A stretch of 63,524 nucleotides of DNA, the filler included, from Diploschistes diacapsis (lineage: Eukaryota), in NCBI GenBank assembly GCA_023645945.1. It is 23 parts of 23 records of this genome, joined end to end, with 100 filler letters (N's around TTAATTAATTAA, not from the genome) between each part and the next. Parts side by side here need not be neighbours in the genome. Positions count along the whole stretch, not along the records: positions 1 to 18,962 come from JALAIB010000388.1; 22 more parts are not named here. One strand, given 5' to 3'. Both the position numbers and the translations under genes were made by a program. Below are positions 1 through 11,597 of this stretch, one piece after another. Every line of letters starts with the position of its first letter. Positions within the stretch are counted from its first letter, which is position 1. The notes under the pieces were generated by a model. It had not been told where the DNA came from, ran no database searches, and saw only the letters and a list, made by a program, of their open reading frames with translations.

Positions 1-370
1 CGTCATCAGCATCCGCCGGCAGCAGTAGCGCTTGCAGCCTAGGGTGTCCATGGCGTCGCTGTTTGAATAACCAGACCGGGTTGCAGGTTAGCTGCTGTGT
101 GTCCTGCGTTGGATTTGGAGTTGCGGAGAGGGGGGGAGAGAGTGGGGTGCAGAAGGGAGAAGAGAGAAGGGGAGGGAGGGAGAAGGTACCCATCTGTGAT
201 GCCGGAGTCGAGCATGTCGAGATAGCGCTCCCAGAGGTCGCCGATTACCTGGGACGTGGTGGGTTACTATGGCATGTTTGAGGAGGATTGGGTAGGGAGG
301 AGAGGAGAGAAGGGGGTAAGAGGAGGGGAGGTACCTTGCCGCAGGAGAAGCAGCGGACGGGAACGATCAT
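1..370 (-). CDS. RPB10: RNA polymerase I/II/III shared subunit RPB10 (RPABC5), 3' end cut off by window edge
   Basis: Not in ORF track. Exons 370-335 (MIVPVRCFSCGK), 248-190 (VIGDLWERYLDMLDSGITDG) and 58-1 (DAMDTLGCKRYCCRRMLMT), joined by GT-AG introns; matches the RPB10 signatures RCFSCGK and RYCCRRM. Confidence 0.97.
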
Positions 371-1077
371 CTTGCCTGTGGTTGGGGAGGAGAGATGCGC
401 TGTGGAGAGAGGGGATGGGGTGAGGTAGCGATTACTGCCGGCAGCAGAGGAGCAGAGCAGCAGAAAGAAGGGAGTGCTGCTGCGGTTATGATGGGACTGG
501 GGTTTTGTTCCAGATGCGGGTTTGGAAGAATGTTGAAGCTGGTCGGTGTTTTGTTGATGGTTTTTCGCCGATGTGGCTCAAATACTCTAAGGATTCGATC
601 CCCTGTAGGCGATATCAATACACCGCCCTACAAGAGCTCGAAAGATGCTGTAGATCAATTATAAAATGTACAAGAGATACTCGAAACCCTTCGCGAGTTT
701 TCTTATATGATTAGTTAGGTAAGATGCTAATTAGAGTACGGTTGCTACACTGCTAACTGCTATTTATTGTTATATAAGAAAAACCCTGGTGAACGTGGCA
801 TTCTTTGTGTGCAATAATAATCGTACGCCACCCCACCTGCCTCGTACCTCGGCCCCGATGGCCGGGTAGACGTGTGGGCTCGAAAACCTAAGTGGGCCGT
901 AGGGCTGCGATAGGCGAGAACTTTTTCTCGAGCTCAGAGCTTGCTCAGAGCTTGCGCGGTTACGTTCCTGATGACCTCGAGTTTCCCGCAGAGCTCTGCA
1001 AAGTGTGAGGCTGGATATGGCTGTAAACAACCTTGTGTGTGATCCGGACTGGTTGTGATTGGTGCTCAGGATCGATA

Positions 1078-4000
1078 ATGGCAGTAATGGCGAAGCGCAA
1101 GCGGTCTGGTGACAAAACCGCAGTGGTCAGCGGTTCAGATGATGATGGAAGCTCATCTAAGAGAGTCAAGAGGAAGCACAAGACGGGAGATAATAACCTG
1201 GAAAAGGAAGATGGGCCTTCTCAAGCCAATAAGGGCGCCCAAGTTCCGAATGGTGCCGCAGCCGCTGATGCGAAGGCGAAAAAAGTAGGGAAGGACACGC
1301 TGCGAGAGGAGCGTGCAGCAGTCCTGGAGTCTGCAAATAAGCGATCGCTACCGAATGGAGCAGCAGATAAGGAGCATTCTGGGAAGCGCAGCCGGAAAAA
1401 GAAAGCTTCAGACCGAAAGGATCGCGAGCCAGTGAGCCACAGTGGGCAGGTGGAGGGGCTTGCTCCAGCTGCACAACTATCTAAACGACAGCGCTCAAGT
1501 CAGGAATCAACCAAGCAGCTAGAGGCAAAAGAACGGAAGAAGCGCAAGTACAGACCGCAAGACCCGGCAATTGAATCTGGTAGCTCTTGGATAGTGACTC
1601 CTGCTGTGGGCGGCCTCCAGTCCAATCTCGATCCTGTCTTCTCAAACGACGAAGAGTACGTGCAAGGAACCAGTTATCCACCAATGCTTACCTTAACAGA
1701 TACTTGATTGTCGCCTACCACGACTCTATCCGAGTTTTCGCCAGCGCAAGTTCCCTTCTGTTCCGATCCCTGAAACTGCGGAAGCGATCCATAGTCGCCT
1801 CGTTTCATCTTTCTCGCTCAAATCCTACTCAACTCTACATCTGCTTCGCTGATGGGCAGGTTCAGTTGTGGAATTGGCGTGACGGCACTTGGCTTCAAAG
1901 CTGGGACATCAAGTCGAGAATACTGGACTCGACCTGCTCTACAATTCATGACAAGTCAGACGCGCTATTTACTGTGGATGAGATGGGTGGTAAGTGGATG
2001 ATCACCGCTCACCAGCTGCAAGGTATGGATGGTGTCGAACATTCAGCTCAGAAGACACTCTATCGGACCGAGAGCCCCATCTCCATGCTGCGTGTGTTGG
2101 GCAATGGGCGATGCGTTGTCGCTACTGATCAAGAACGCGTTGTTGTTGGGTCGCGGCGAGACGAGTCTCCAGACGTCAAAGGTCTCAACTACAAGTGGTG
2201 GGAATTCAGTGTCAAAAGCGGAGTGACTACGCTAGATATCAAAGAGAATGCCGAAATGCAAGCTAAGCCCAAGTGGGCACTCTCCTTGGACCTCGTTGTT
2301 GGTTGTCAGGACGGGACAATTCAATACTATCTGGATATTGTCAACAAGCTGACTGACATCGAGAAGTCCAAGCGTGTCAAAGATCCGCCAAACACAACAC
2401 TGCATTGGCATCGTAGCTCAATTGGAGCTGTGAGGTGGTCGCAAGATGGCAACTACCTGATATCCGGAGGAGCAGAAACCGTGCTGACGCTTTGGCAACT
2501 GGATACTGCGGGACGCAGTTTTCTACCTCATCTGTCATCACCAATCGAAAGTATAGTAGTTTCTCCTACGGGTACATCGTACGCGATCCGTCTAGCTGAC
2601 AACTCGACCATGACTATCTCGACGCAAGAGCTACAACCCACAATGAACATTCCAGGTGTGCTTCTTCCATCTCTGCCTCAGCGGGGTGCAAATAGAAACA
2701 TGGTTGACCCCCGACCTTATTCAATCGCTCGAAGACCAGCCGTCGCGGTCTCCAAGAGGAACCCCCCGCAAATACTCCTTGCTGCACCTGCTGTCGCCTC
2801 GTCACAAAGCCACCCGGGAGCAAGCCCCAGTGCAACCCAGCTTCAGACCATTGATGCCAGATCTGGAACACAATTAGCCCGGCAGGCCTTAACTCGGACC
2901 AAAATCACAGATCGAAACATGGGTCCCGATGGGATTGTTATTGACGATCCGGACGTCATACTTCTGCAAGTTAGTAGCGATGGAAACTGGCTCGCAACGG
3001 TTGAAGAGTGGTGCCCGCCAGCTCGTGACCTCGATCCTGCTGCTGTAGGCCCTGAGGAACTCCTGATGAATCGAGCTGGGCGTCTGGAATCAAATCTCAA
3101 GTTTTGGTCCTGGAGTGAGGTGTCGTTGCAGTGGGAGCTTGTCACAAGGATCGATAGACCGCATCCGATTTCGAGCGAATTAAAGGGCGCAAGCGGTGTT
3201 GTGTTGGATCTTATCGCCGATCCTTCTTCATCCGCTTTCCTCACATTGGGCGACAATGGAGAGGTGCGCATGTGGAAACCCAAGCCTCGCTATAGGAACA
3301 ACGTACCTGTCAAGGATACCCGAGGCCTTGCGTTGATGAACTGGAGCTGCCGACAAATTATACGGCTGCCGCTGTCGTCTTCAATCTCCAAAGCATCGTC
3401 CAGGGCGTCTATTTCCCAAGACGGGTCGATGTTTGCCATAGCTCAATCCACGCAATCCGAGGCAGTGATGTACATTGTTGACGCTCGGTCTTCTCATATC
3501 CTTTCAATTCGCACCGATATGTTCTCGGGTCTTTTGAGGGATGTAGCAATACTTGGTCCGTACCTTATTATTCTGGCGAGTCAACTTGTGGTGTGGAACC
3601 TCGTCGACGACCGATTAAGCTGGGCTCTTGACCTTGGGTACTTTTCCAACATTCAACTACCCCACAAATATCTCGTTATCAATCCTGAGAGTAATACATT
3701 CGCCATTGCACTATCAGAAGAGAAGCAACGGCGAGGGCCAAGAACACGCGCTGCGATTTTCACACCCACATGCTCCACCCCCTTTTTAATAACAGAAACA
3801 ACGCATGTGCTAATAGCCCTTGTCTCTGCGTTCAACCAGAAGACCTTTTATGGCCTGGACAGCGCTGCTCGAGTTCTCTCTATGGTCCCATTCACCCATG
3901 TCGAGACAAGTCAGGTGGAGGTTGCAGAGATTTGGTCGGAGGAGCCACCCATCGCACAAGGCATGGAGAAAATCTATGGCAGCAAATTGATCAAAGACTA

Positions 4001-4184
4001 TGAAGAGAATGCGAAGCAAGCGACAAGGCTTGTGGTTGACCCCACTGAGGAATCCAATGTCGTTCGTCAGCATCAGCTTACCGAACTGTTTAATTATACC
4101 CAGCCATTTGCACTCCCGCCAGTCACTAGTCTATTCGAGCAGGTTGCGGGACTCATATCAGGCATCAAAAATGATTCAATTTGA
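1078..4184 (+). CDS. UTP17: U3 snoRNP/t-UTP WD40 protein Utp17/Nan1 (WDR75)
   Basis: Lys-rich N-terminal exon joined via intron 1656-1699 (GTACGT...CAG) to the 865-aa ORF; motifs LHWHRSSIGAVRWSQDGNYLISGGAETVLTLWQLDT, FLPHLSSPIESIVVSP and WLATVEEW typical of Nan1/Utp17. Start may be 1078 or 1087. Confidence 0.88.
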
Positions 4185-4363
4185 GATTATGGGCTATTCA
4201 TAGTCTTGCTGTGCTGAGAGAAAGAAGTATTGGCGGACAATATCGTTCAATAATAAAAGACACCAGGGCCACGAAGTCCTGTTCTCCTTCCCCAACAAAC
4301 CAGGAGGCGTTGTCTTCGGGAACGTGGTTTTTCGTGGCTGTCGTATGGAGTTCTCCAGCGTTA

Positions 4364-5195
4364 TCATACTGGCGTATACGTCACACATTTTGTGCTTGTC
4401 ACTATGCGAGTCTCTCCAACGTGGTAGTACACGACAACGGCGGTATTGACTGTCGTGTAATACTTGGTCACAGTCTATCAACGTCAGTATAGAGCTGTGA
4501 CCAGAAAGGCTTGGGCTGCTCACCTCTATGCTTCCTGTTATTGTGGCCGTGGATGTTATCGTTGCCGTCGCCTGCGCTTGAGTCGAGGACAAGCACGTGC
4601 AAGCGCTGGATACTTGTGCAGGCTGATACGACGTGAGGTAGTCGGGAAGCTGAGCGTCCCGCTTTCCACCGTCCGTGATTCCTTGAGGCGATCCTTCTCC
4701 TAGTCTCGCATTGGGCGCTGCTGTTATACTTGGTATTTGTGGCGCTGTTGTGGCGCAAGCTGCTCGGGTCACAGTCGTCGTTGTCGTCACAAGATAGTCT
4801 GCGTCGATCGTCATTGTACTTGAGGATATCAGCAAAGTCTCGTTGGGAATGTTTGCCAAGCTTACATGGTTGGAGTGCTGGTGGTCGTTACTGTTACAGT
4901 GACTTCTCCAAACAGGTCTGTCAGGGTCTTACGAGTCAGCACGGTCCTCACTGAATCAGCCACCGGAACTTACCGCGGGCTCAGTAACTTCAGCAACTGG
5001 TGATGGGTGAACATAGTTGGCATACGCTCTGCAGAATGCCTCTGCGGAGGCAAGATTAGATTGGAGAGCCTGGACCGGCCCATCGTTCACGCACTGTGCA
5101 CTGGTTGTGTTCACTGGTAATGCGTTCAACGGTAGAACGTGGGCCAGAACCGCCAATATGGCTAGTGCGCCACACGCACTTGTTCGTCGGGACAT
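4364..5195 (-). CDS. Multi-exon secreted Thr/Ser-rich, Cys-containing cell-surface-type protein
   Basis: Signal-peptide-like start MSRRTSACGALAILAVLAHVLPLNALP, ASAEAFC and VSSACTCL motifs, Thr-rich tracts, GTAAG/GTGAG donors. Exact exon structure not fully resolved. Confidence 0.6.
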
Positions 5196-5698
5196 GGCTG
5201 AAGGATCAATATCGGCTGGGAATGAAGGCGGTGCAGGTCTTCGATGTATCCAGCGGTCTGATCGAAGAGAAAAGGATAAGAAAAGAGCTTCTTCCATCTT
5301 TTATAAAATGCAGACTTATTTCACGAAACTTCTCCATCAACTTTCGCCACTGCAAAATGCCTCTTTTCTGATCGTCGATCTTGTCGAGCAGCATTCCAAC
5401 GTTGGGGCGAGCAGCTACCCAAACGACTTCATATTCGGAAAACGTACGAGGTATACGACAGGGCCGACATTACTTCCAGCGAATTAAACAGCACATAACT
5501 ACCGTTTCTAGAAGGGAGGGAATTTGAAAGATTCTCGTGGTGTCCTAGCCATCCTGCTGGTATGCAAAAGTGGAAAATCCATCGGCATATACGGCCCGTG
5601 CAGACGCGCTTACAGAAAGTCCATGCCAGCGAAGGGATGAGCATTTGAACTGTTGTCTAATAAGGATCGCACCAGTACTTCTCCGATGCCAAGATTAA

Positions 5699-8106
5699 TT
5701 ATTGCTCATCTTCCTCGAATTTTGGGTCACAGTATACGTCCTGCAGTACTATTCCTCCTTTCATCCCAGTGAACTTGTTGATCCACCCGAGGACTGTGTG
5801 ATACCACTTCAATGACGTTACCCTACCCAGCACAAAATGGTTCTTGTCTGGGAAATTCAATAGTCGGGCCTCGATACCCTTTGCCTTGCATACCTGGAAG
5901 ACTGCCATCCCTTCATCAAGCGGACAGCGAAAGTCCTTGTCTGAATGCACTACCAACATTGGCGTATTCCAGTTGTGGGTATAGAATCGATTGGGCTCCA
6001 TTTAACCCAAAGGTCCTTCTTGTCCCAAAGGGTACCACCTACCTCCCGGTTAATAGAACCCTATGAAATCGCTCGCCATCATGGACTGATGACTAAAGAT
6101 TCCGTCATGGGAGACCATTGCTTTGAGTTTCTTTCCGGGTGGCTGTCCAGCTATCCGATTCACCATGAATCCTCCGTAACTTCCCTCCCAGTGCGACTGC
6201 GTTCGAGGTGTCGACGTACTCTACGTTCTTCTCCACGTACTCGAAGCATTTGACAATATCGTCGTACGGGCGTCCACCGCAGTCACCTTCAATAGAAGTC
6301 ATGAATCCGTCTCCTCAGCCGGTCGACCCGCTGAGGTTAGGCGCGACAACAACATAACCTTGCTCAGCGATAACGGCAGGGTTCCACCGGATAGACCACG
6401 CATCCCACCATGCCGATTGAGGACCGCCATGAATTAGCAAAGCAAGGGGGTATTTCTTGTTCGCATCAAAGTGCGACGGTTGTTTCACCCATGCCTGCAC
6501 ATTGTAATCGCTTGCTCTTTGAATGTGATTTCGGTTAGCTGATGTGCATCGAAACCTAGGATAACGCTCTGTTTTGTTGCTGAGGAAATGCCCCTGGTGG
6601 TGTGAGATGCCGGGTTGAAGGTCGCGCAGAGGCTACTCTCAAGAATACAGGTCATGGTGATAAAGATTCGATCGGCACGCCTGGATTTTCTGTTGAGCGT
6701 ACTTGCAGCTGCGATGCTTCCATCTTGGGTCAAGCATTCTGGATGCCCGGACTGTCTTGGTCTTCTGCAAGATTCGTCCTCAATTTCAAGACTGAAAAGC
6801 CGCTGGTGCCCATGATTGTCTGCGACGAGAAACAGCGAGCTTGAGTCATTGACCCAGAGTATATTGTGAGGCCTACGATCCTAGATTCGATGCTTGCTGT
6901 CGTCTCAGACCAGCATACTCTCTTCTGCGGCTTTGCCGTCCAGACGCAAAAGGCAGATGCAGGCCGAAGAAGAGGGATTCTCGCGGTCTTTAGCGACCAG
7001 CACAGCTGCCATGTTGCCATCTAGTGCAAAGACAGGGCCTGACTGATCGCCCGTGTACCCCGGCGGCTTGATCCTTTGCGGTCGAGCCGGCTTCTCCTTG
7101 TGAAATGTTTCCAAGGGGATGTACCACACACCGTACAGTATACGCGAAGCAAGCTCAACTTCAGGATCCATCGGTTGAAGCAAGATGCCAGTTGGCGACA
7201 ATACGAAATTACCACCATCACTCATGAAGCCGCTGGGAAAGAATGGAAATTGGAGCTTTGTGCCTCTGAGGGCATTGACGATGGTGTCGCTGAGCTTCCA
7301 TTTCCCGTCTATATCCTTGAGCACGGTGTAGTAAAGAGCATATCGCTCTGGTGGGACCCATGCGTCCCAGAACCTAACAGGGACAATGCTATACTCACAC
7401 GCCGTGTGCAGGGGCTTTGGGACCTTTTTTGGTGTCGAGAAGGGTGCCTTTCGGGCTAGTCGGCGCTCCGAAAACAAAGGCAATGCTATTGCCGCCTTTG
7501 GAGCAGGTCTTGACATTTCTGATGGATGAGGGGACTGTACCGGCTAAATAAGGACTGCGGAAGCGCAACGGTCAGCGACTTAGAAGGGAAAGCGTGCTGT
7601 ATGGGTTAGAACGTGGAAGGTGGACAGGGATAGCCGTTCGGTGCAAAAATTTGGTTGGATGCGGAAAGTTTCCTCTGGGTGTATAGTACTTCCCTAACAC
7701 CGCCCGTGCTCTGAATAGCCGGAAGCTATAGCCACACGTGAAGGCATAAAGCAGGCGCAACTGGAGAAAATGTAACGTACCTACTTCTCCGAGTCCACAC
7801 CCCCCGATCCACACCTCCGTCTGCCCATCGCGAGCATCCTTCCCCCCCCTCTCAACCAAAGCACCGACGTCCTCGTCCCCATCGACGCTGTCCACGGGCG
7901 GGATCCGAATAATCTCCTTGGTCTCCGAGTGCGCGTCCGGCGAGGACGTCGCTCGCTCACCGTGAACAGCGCGTGCGTGCCGGCCGCATTTGGGCGTGGC
8001 GACGGAGCGGCGCCGGGGCGGTGATGAGGTGTCTGTGAGGGGAGGGTGATTTAGTATGGGAGTCTTGTTGTTGATGCTGGTCAGGGTCAAAGGGGGTTGT
8101 GGGCAT
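5699..8106 (-). pseudogene. Dipeptidyl-peptidase V-like S9 serine peptidase, disrupted
   Basis: Collinear fragments: RRSVATP...SETKEI (5' exon), [24 protein letters not shown]...[64 protein letters not shown]. In-frame TGA at 6315-6317, the GGSYGG nucleophile motif frameshifted near 6180, and several other frameshifts. Confidence 0.8.
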
Positions 8107-8523
8107 AGGGGGAGTGGGAAGGGATGACGGTCACCCTGGCTATATACCCGACCCCGACTCTGCGCAGTTGGAAATGGCGCAGAACTTTTGGTATCAACTG
8201 TAAAGTTTACTATCCTTGGTATATGGGTATCTAACCTAAGGTATGCTCTTTATACTCTTTGATTTTGCTATAGACAATGATAAATAGTCTGCTGCTGCAG
8301 CCCCCGTTCGCGTAGACCATGAAGCAGCCCGGGAGGGGGGGGGAAGTTGGACGCCATTCCAGCACGAGGCCATTATCGAGCTAGCAAGCACGCGTGGGAT
8401 GTTTCTAGACAGATCTGTATGCGTATGCCAGTTTTACGCATTGCTGTTATCTACCAGTTAACGGTTATTATAGAGGCTCGCGATGCAAAGAGACAAGTCA
8501 AGGATGTGTAGGCTTACGGCATC

Positions 8524-9699
8524 TCAGACCAAAAAAGTCCAGAAACTAGGGTACACGAACTCATCCTCGAAAATTCTTCTCACCTGCTCAAGAACGAACT
8601 TTTCTACCTTTCCTACATTCTTCAGCACCTGCTTCCCTCCATCCTTCTGCCCAATCTCGGTTTCGACCCTAATTTCGCGAAGTAGGCTGCCAATTTTGTC
8701 CGAAGGATCACGTGGTTTCGCTGGGCCATCGAGGGCGTTCTCTGCGCCAACTAGTACCTCTGCGTCTTGTTGGCCCAGAAAGCAGAAATGGGCTCGCTTT
8801 TTGAGGTAAGCTAGAAGCGCAACGCCATCGAAGGCCACGCCAGTCACATTGAGTTTTAATGGTATGCCAACAAAGGAAGGCATGGGATAATCGAGCAGGA
8901 TCTCTGCCGTCAGCGAAAGCCTGACGTTTCCGTCGTACGACATGTGCAGCACGATCTGAACGTCGTTCACCTCGGGCTCCGGACCCATCTCGCTCATGTT
9001 GTCCGGGGTGCCTGCAAGGTTGGAAGGTCCGGCAGAGTGGGCTGTAGAAGGCCGCGTCGAGGGATCGTGATATTCATCTGGCGAATTGTACGTTACTGGT
9101 GAGCGCAAGGGTGGATATTGCTGCTGTAGAGCTTCCAGCTGTGGCGAGCGCAGCTGTGGACTGTAAATGCCAGACTGCTGGTTTGCATGTCCGAAGCCAA
9201 ACGGCGTTTGATTGCCCTGAAAGCGAGCGCTGAGGGGCAGATGGAAGTAGCTGAGATTCGAAGTCCCTCCTGGTATTCCAGGCGTGCTTGACCTGGAAAG
9301 AAGGGGGCTTGCTATTTGCTCGACCAAGCTTATAGCAGAGTGCTGCCTCAGTGCATTTGGCCTGGCCGGAATGTCAGATAGCTTTGCGGCTATTTCCCTC
9401 CGCTCCTTCAACGAGCCACGAGGCTCTCCGCCAGCCACGCCAATGGCTACATCCTTCTCGCCCTCATCCTCCGTATCCTCATCCTCCTCATAGAAATCAG
9501 GGATAGGGTCGCAGACATCTTTGAGCTCGACCGTAGGCGGCTGGTCACCGAACTCGAAAGAATGAACCTCGACTGAGCGGATGAAGCGCGGTAATGCAAC
9601 CTGCTGGAACCTTTCATGGATGAAAGCTCGAATGGTCTCGGCAAGCTCGAGGCTGTCCGGGCCGGTGGTCAGGCTTGGCCAGTCAATATTTATGGACAT
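8524..9699 (-). CDS. MDM12: Mitochondrial distribution and morphology protein 12 (ERMES SMP-domain subunit)
   Basis: MSINIDW...FIHERFQQVALPRFIRSVEVHSFEFG N-terminus; LLDYPMPSFVGIPLKL and VLKNVGKVEKFVLEQVRRIFEDEFVYPSFWTFLV C-terminus. Confidence 0.95.
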   Translation of the reverse strand: MSINIDWPSLTTGPDSLELAETIRAFIHERFQQVALPRFIRSVEVHSFEFGDQPPTVELKDVCDPIPDFYEEDEDTEDEGEKDVAIGVAGGEPRGSLKERREIAAKLSDIPARPNALRQHSAISLVEQIASPLLSRSSTPGIPGGTSNLSYFHLPLSARFQGNQTPFGFGHANQQSGIYSPQLRSPQLEALQQQYPPLRSPVTYNSPDEYHDPSTRPSTAHSAGPSNLAGTPDNMSEMGPEPEVNDVQIVLHMSYDGNVRLSLTAEILLDYPMPSFVGIPLKLNVTGVAFDGVALLAYLKKRAHFCFLGQQDAEVLVGAENALDGPAKPRDPSDKIGSLLREIRVETEIGQKDGGKQVLKNVGKVEKFVLEQVRRIFEDEFVYPSFWTFLV

Positions 9700-9932
9700 T
9701 ACATTGGCTACTGGCACCCCCTTTTGAGAAATCAAAAAAAGTGAGAGGAACAGAGCGTAAATGACGTCAGAAGCTCAACCTCGAGATTAAGTTATGTCTA
9801 CAACTGGTAATTACCACTATCCTGAATACAAGGGTTATGAAATCAAAACCGTGAATAACTGCGAGCGAAGCGCTCCTGATTACCAGCCGCTGAAGCTTTT
9901 CTACGAGATCAATACGCTGATCCAATACAAAG

Positions 9933-10635
9933 ATGGTTGTAGGTCTCCTCGTCCTTGCCGCCATCCCCACAGTAACCGCCGTGGCCGAAGCAATTGCTGA
10001 GAAGGATAAACCCAAAGATGATAAGCTCGAAAAGAGGCAGATGAGGAAGTTCAACCTTACTTGCTGGTGTGAAGGCAAGAGTAAAGGCAAAAGCGACATC
10101 CATGGCGGAACTATCGTGCTTGGAGACGGCAAGGTATGCGTAGAGCAGCCGCTATATTGGGGTACGCTAATACATTTAGATGTGGGTTCAGTCTCCCAAG
10201 GCGAAGCCGGAACGGCGTCTATATCCTTTTGAAGGCTTCTACATTGAATACCCTGACGATGAACGACCCAAGCCAGCCCCCTTGGGCATGGTGACAAAGG
10301 TCGCTAGTGACCCAGTCTTGATGAACTGGATCTATATTGACCGCCAAACTTGCCAAATCTGCCATGGAAATAGGACAGTGAGTCGCCCACATCGTGTGGG
10401 TGATTGGGGGTGGAGCAACGACGATGACAAGGATTTCAACGACGACGAGGATCCCGGAGGCGTGGAATACGATGGCGAGGAGAAATTTGTGGCTGTGGAG
10501 CCTGTCCGCGGTGATACTGAAGGTAGATGGGAGGTGTGGTGGGACGAGCACGACAATCACCTACAAGGCAAGATCATGGGGAGAAAGGTTTTCGGGATAA
10601 GCCTTGAGAGAAAGTTTGTTGATGAACCCTCCTGA
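9933..10635 (+). CDS. Fungal hypothetical protein
   Basis: Two ORFs joined in frame by intron 10134-10179 (GTATGC...TAG); MVVGLLVLAAIPTVTAVAEAI start, PFEGFYIEYP and LMNWIYIDR blocks. Confidence 0.75.
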
Positions 10636-11597
10636 AAGGCTCGGAAGTCCTTCAGGGGCACATGTAGGCTCCGGCAGCTTCATAAGAACCTATTATGAAG
10701 CCACCCTCCCGGCGCACTACTTACGGTCGCCTTATACTACTGCGCTCTCAAGGACCGATCCACGCGGATCTGCGCACGGCGCTGAGCGAGGCTCTGGAGT
10801 TCAACAGCTTCATATGCAAGAATGCACAGAAACGGCCGGCCGGCTGGGGGTGTAACAGTCCTCAGAATATCGCTGACACATCCATGGCTCGATACGGATT
10901 CCGAAGAAATATTCCGAGGATCGCCGACCTCTCTCCAGTTGCTGTACCCGAAAGAGCTTCGAAAGGCACTGTTGGGACGAGTGACATCGCCGTAGATATG
11001 GAAAGCGGTATCTGGCTATGGGGGCAGTCCAGACGCAAGGCATGAGCGCTACAGGGTATTTGAAAGCAATGATGACCGGTGGCAGCATCAGTCGCCTAGG
11101 TCTAACTGTTGAGGACCTTCAAGCTCTGGTTTTACCTTTGTATACCGCACCTTTGATCGGACCGAATTGCAGACCCACGATAGCACCGAGCGGAATACTT
11201 GCACAGTACTTGTCGAAGCTGGCCTATTGCCAGGGGCAAGTCATACTTCGCATCATGATGATGCTATGAGCGAGCATTTTTGGCTATGTGGCCTAGCGGT
11301 AGATAATATTATCACAAGTTGGGAATGGGCAGCACGCCTTACCATTTGCGGAAAGTGACGTTGTTTCCCCTTGCAAAACCAAGAAAGAGTTTTCTTCTCC
11401 CGCATCCCTTGCTCTATATCACTACTCATGCTCCACCCTAGTGAATTGTGAAGAAACCTCGATGTCGATAGTCTATAGAAGATGATGCAGCAGTGGAGTG
11501 GTAGTCACAGTACCCAAGGGGTTTGCTGAAATACTGAGCTCCCCTCATCTCTTCCTCTTCTTTACCTCTCTCTGTTCCCTCCCACATAGTCTTACCC

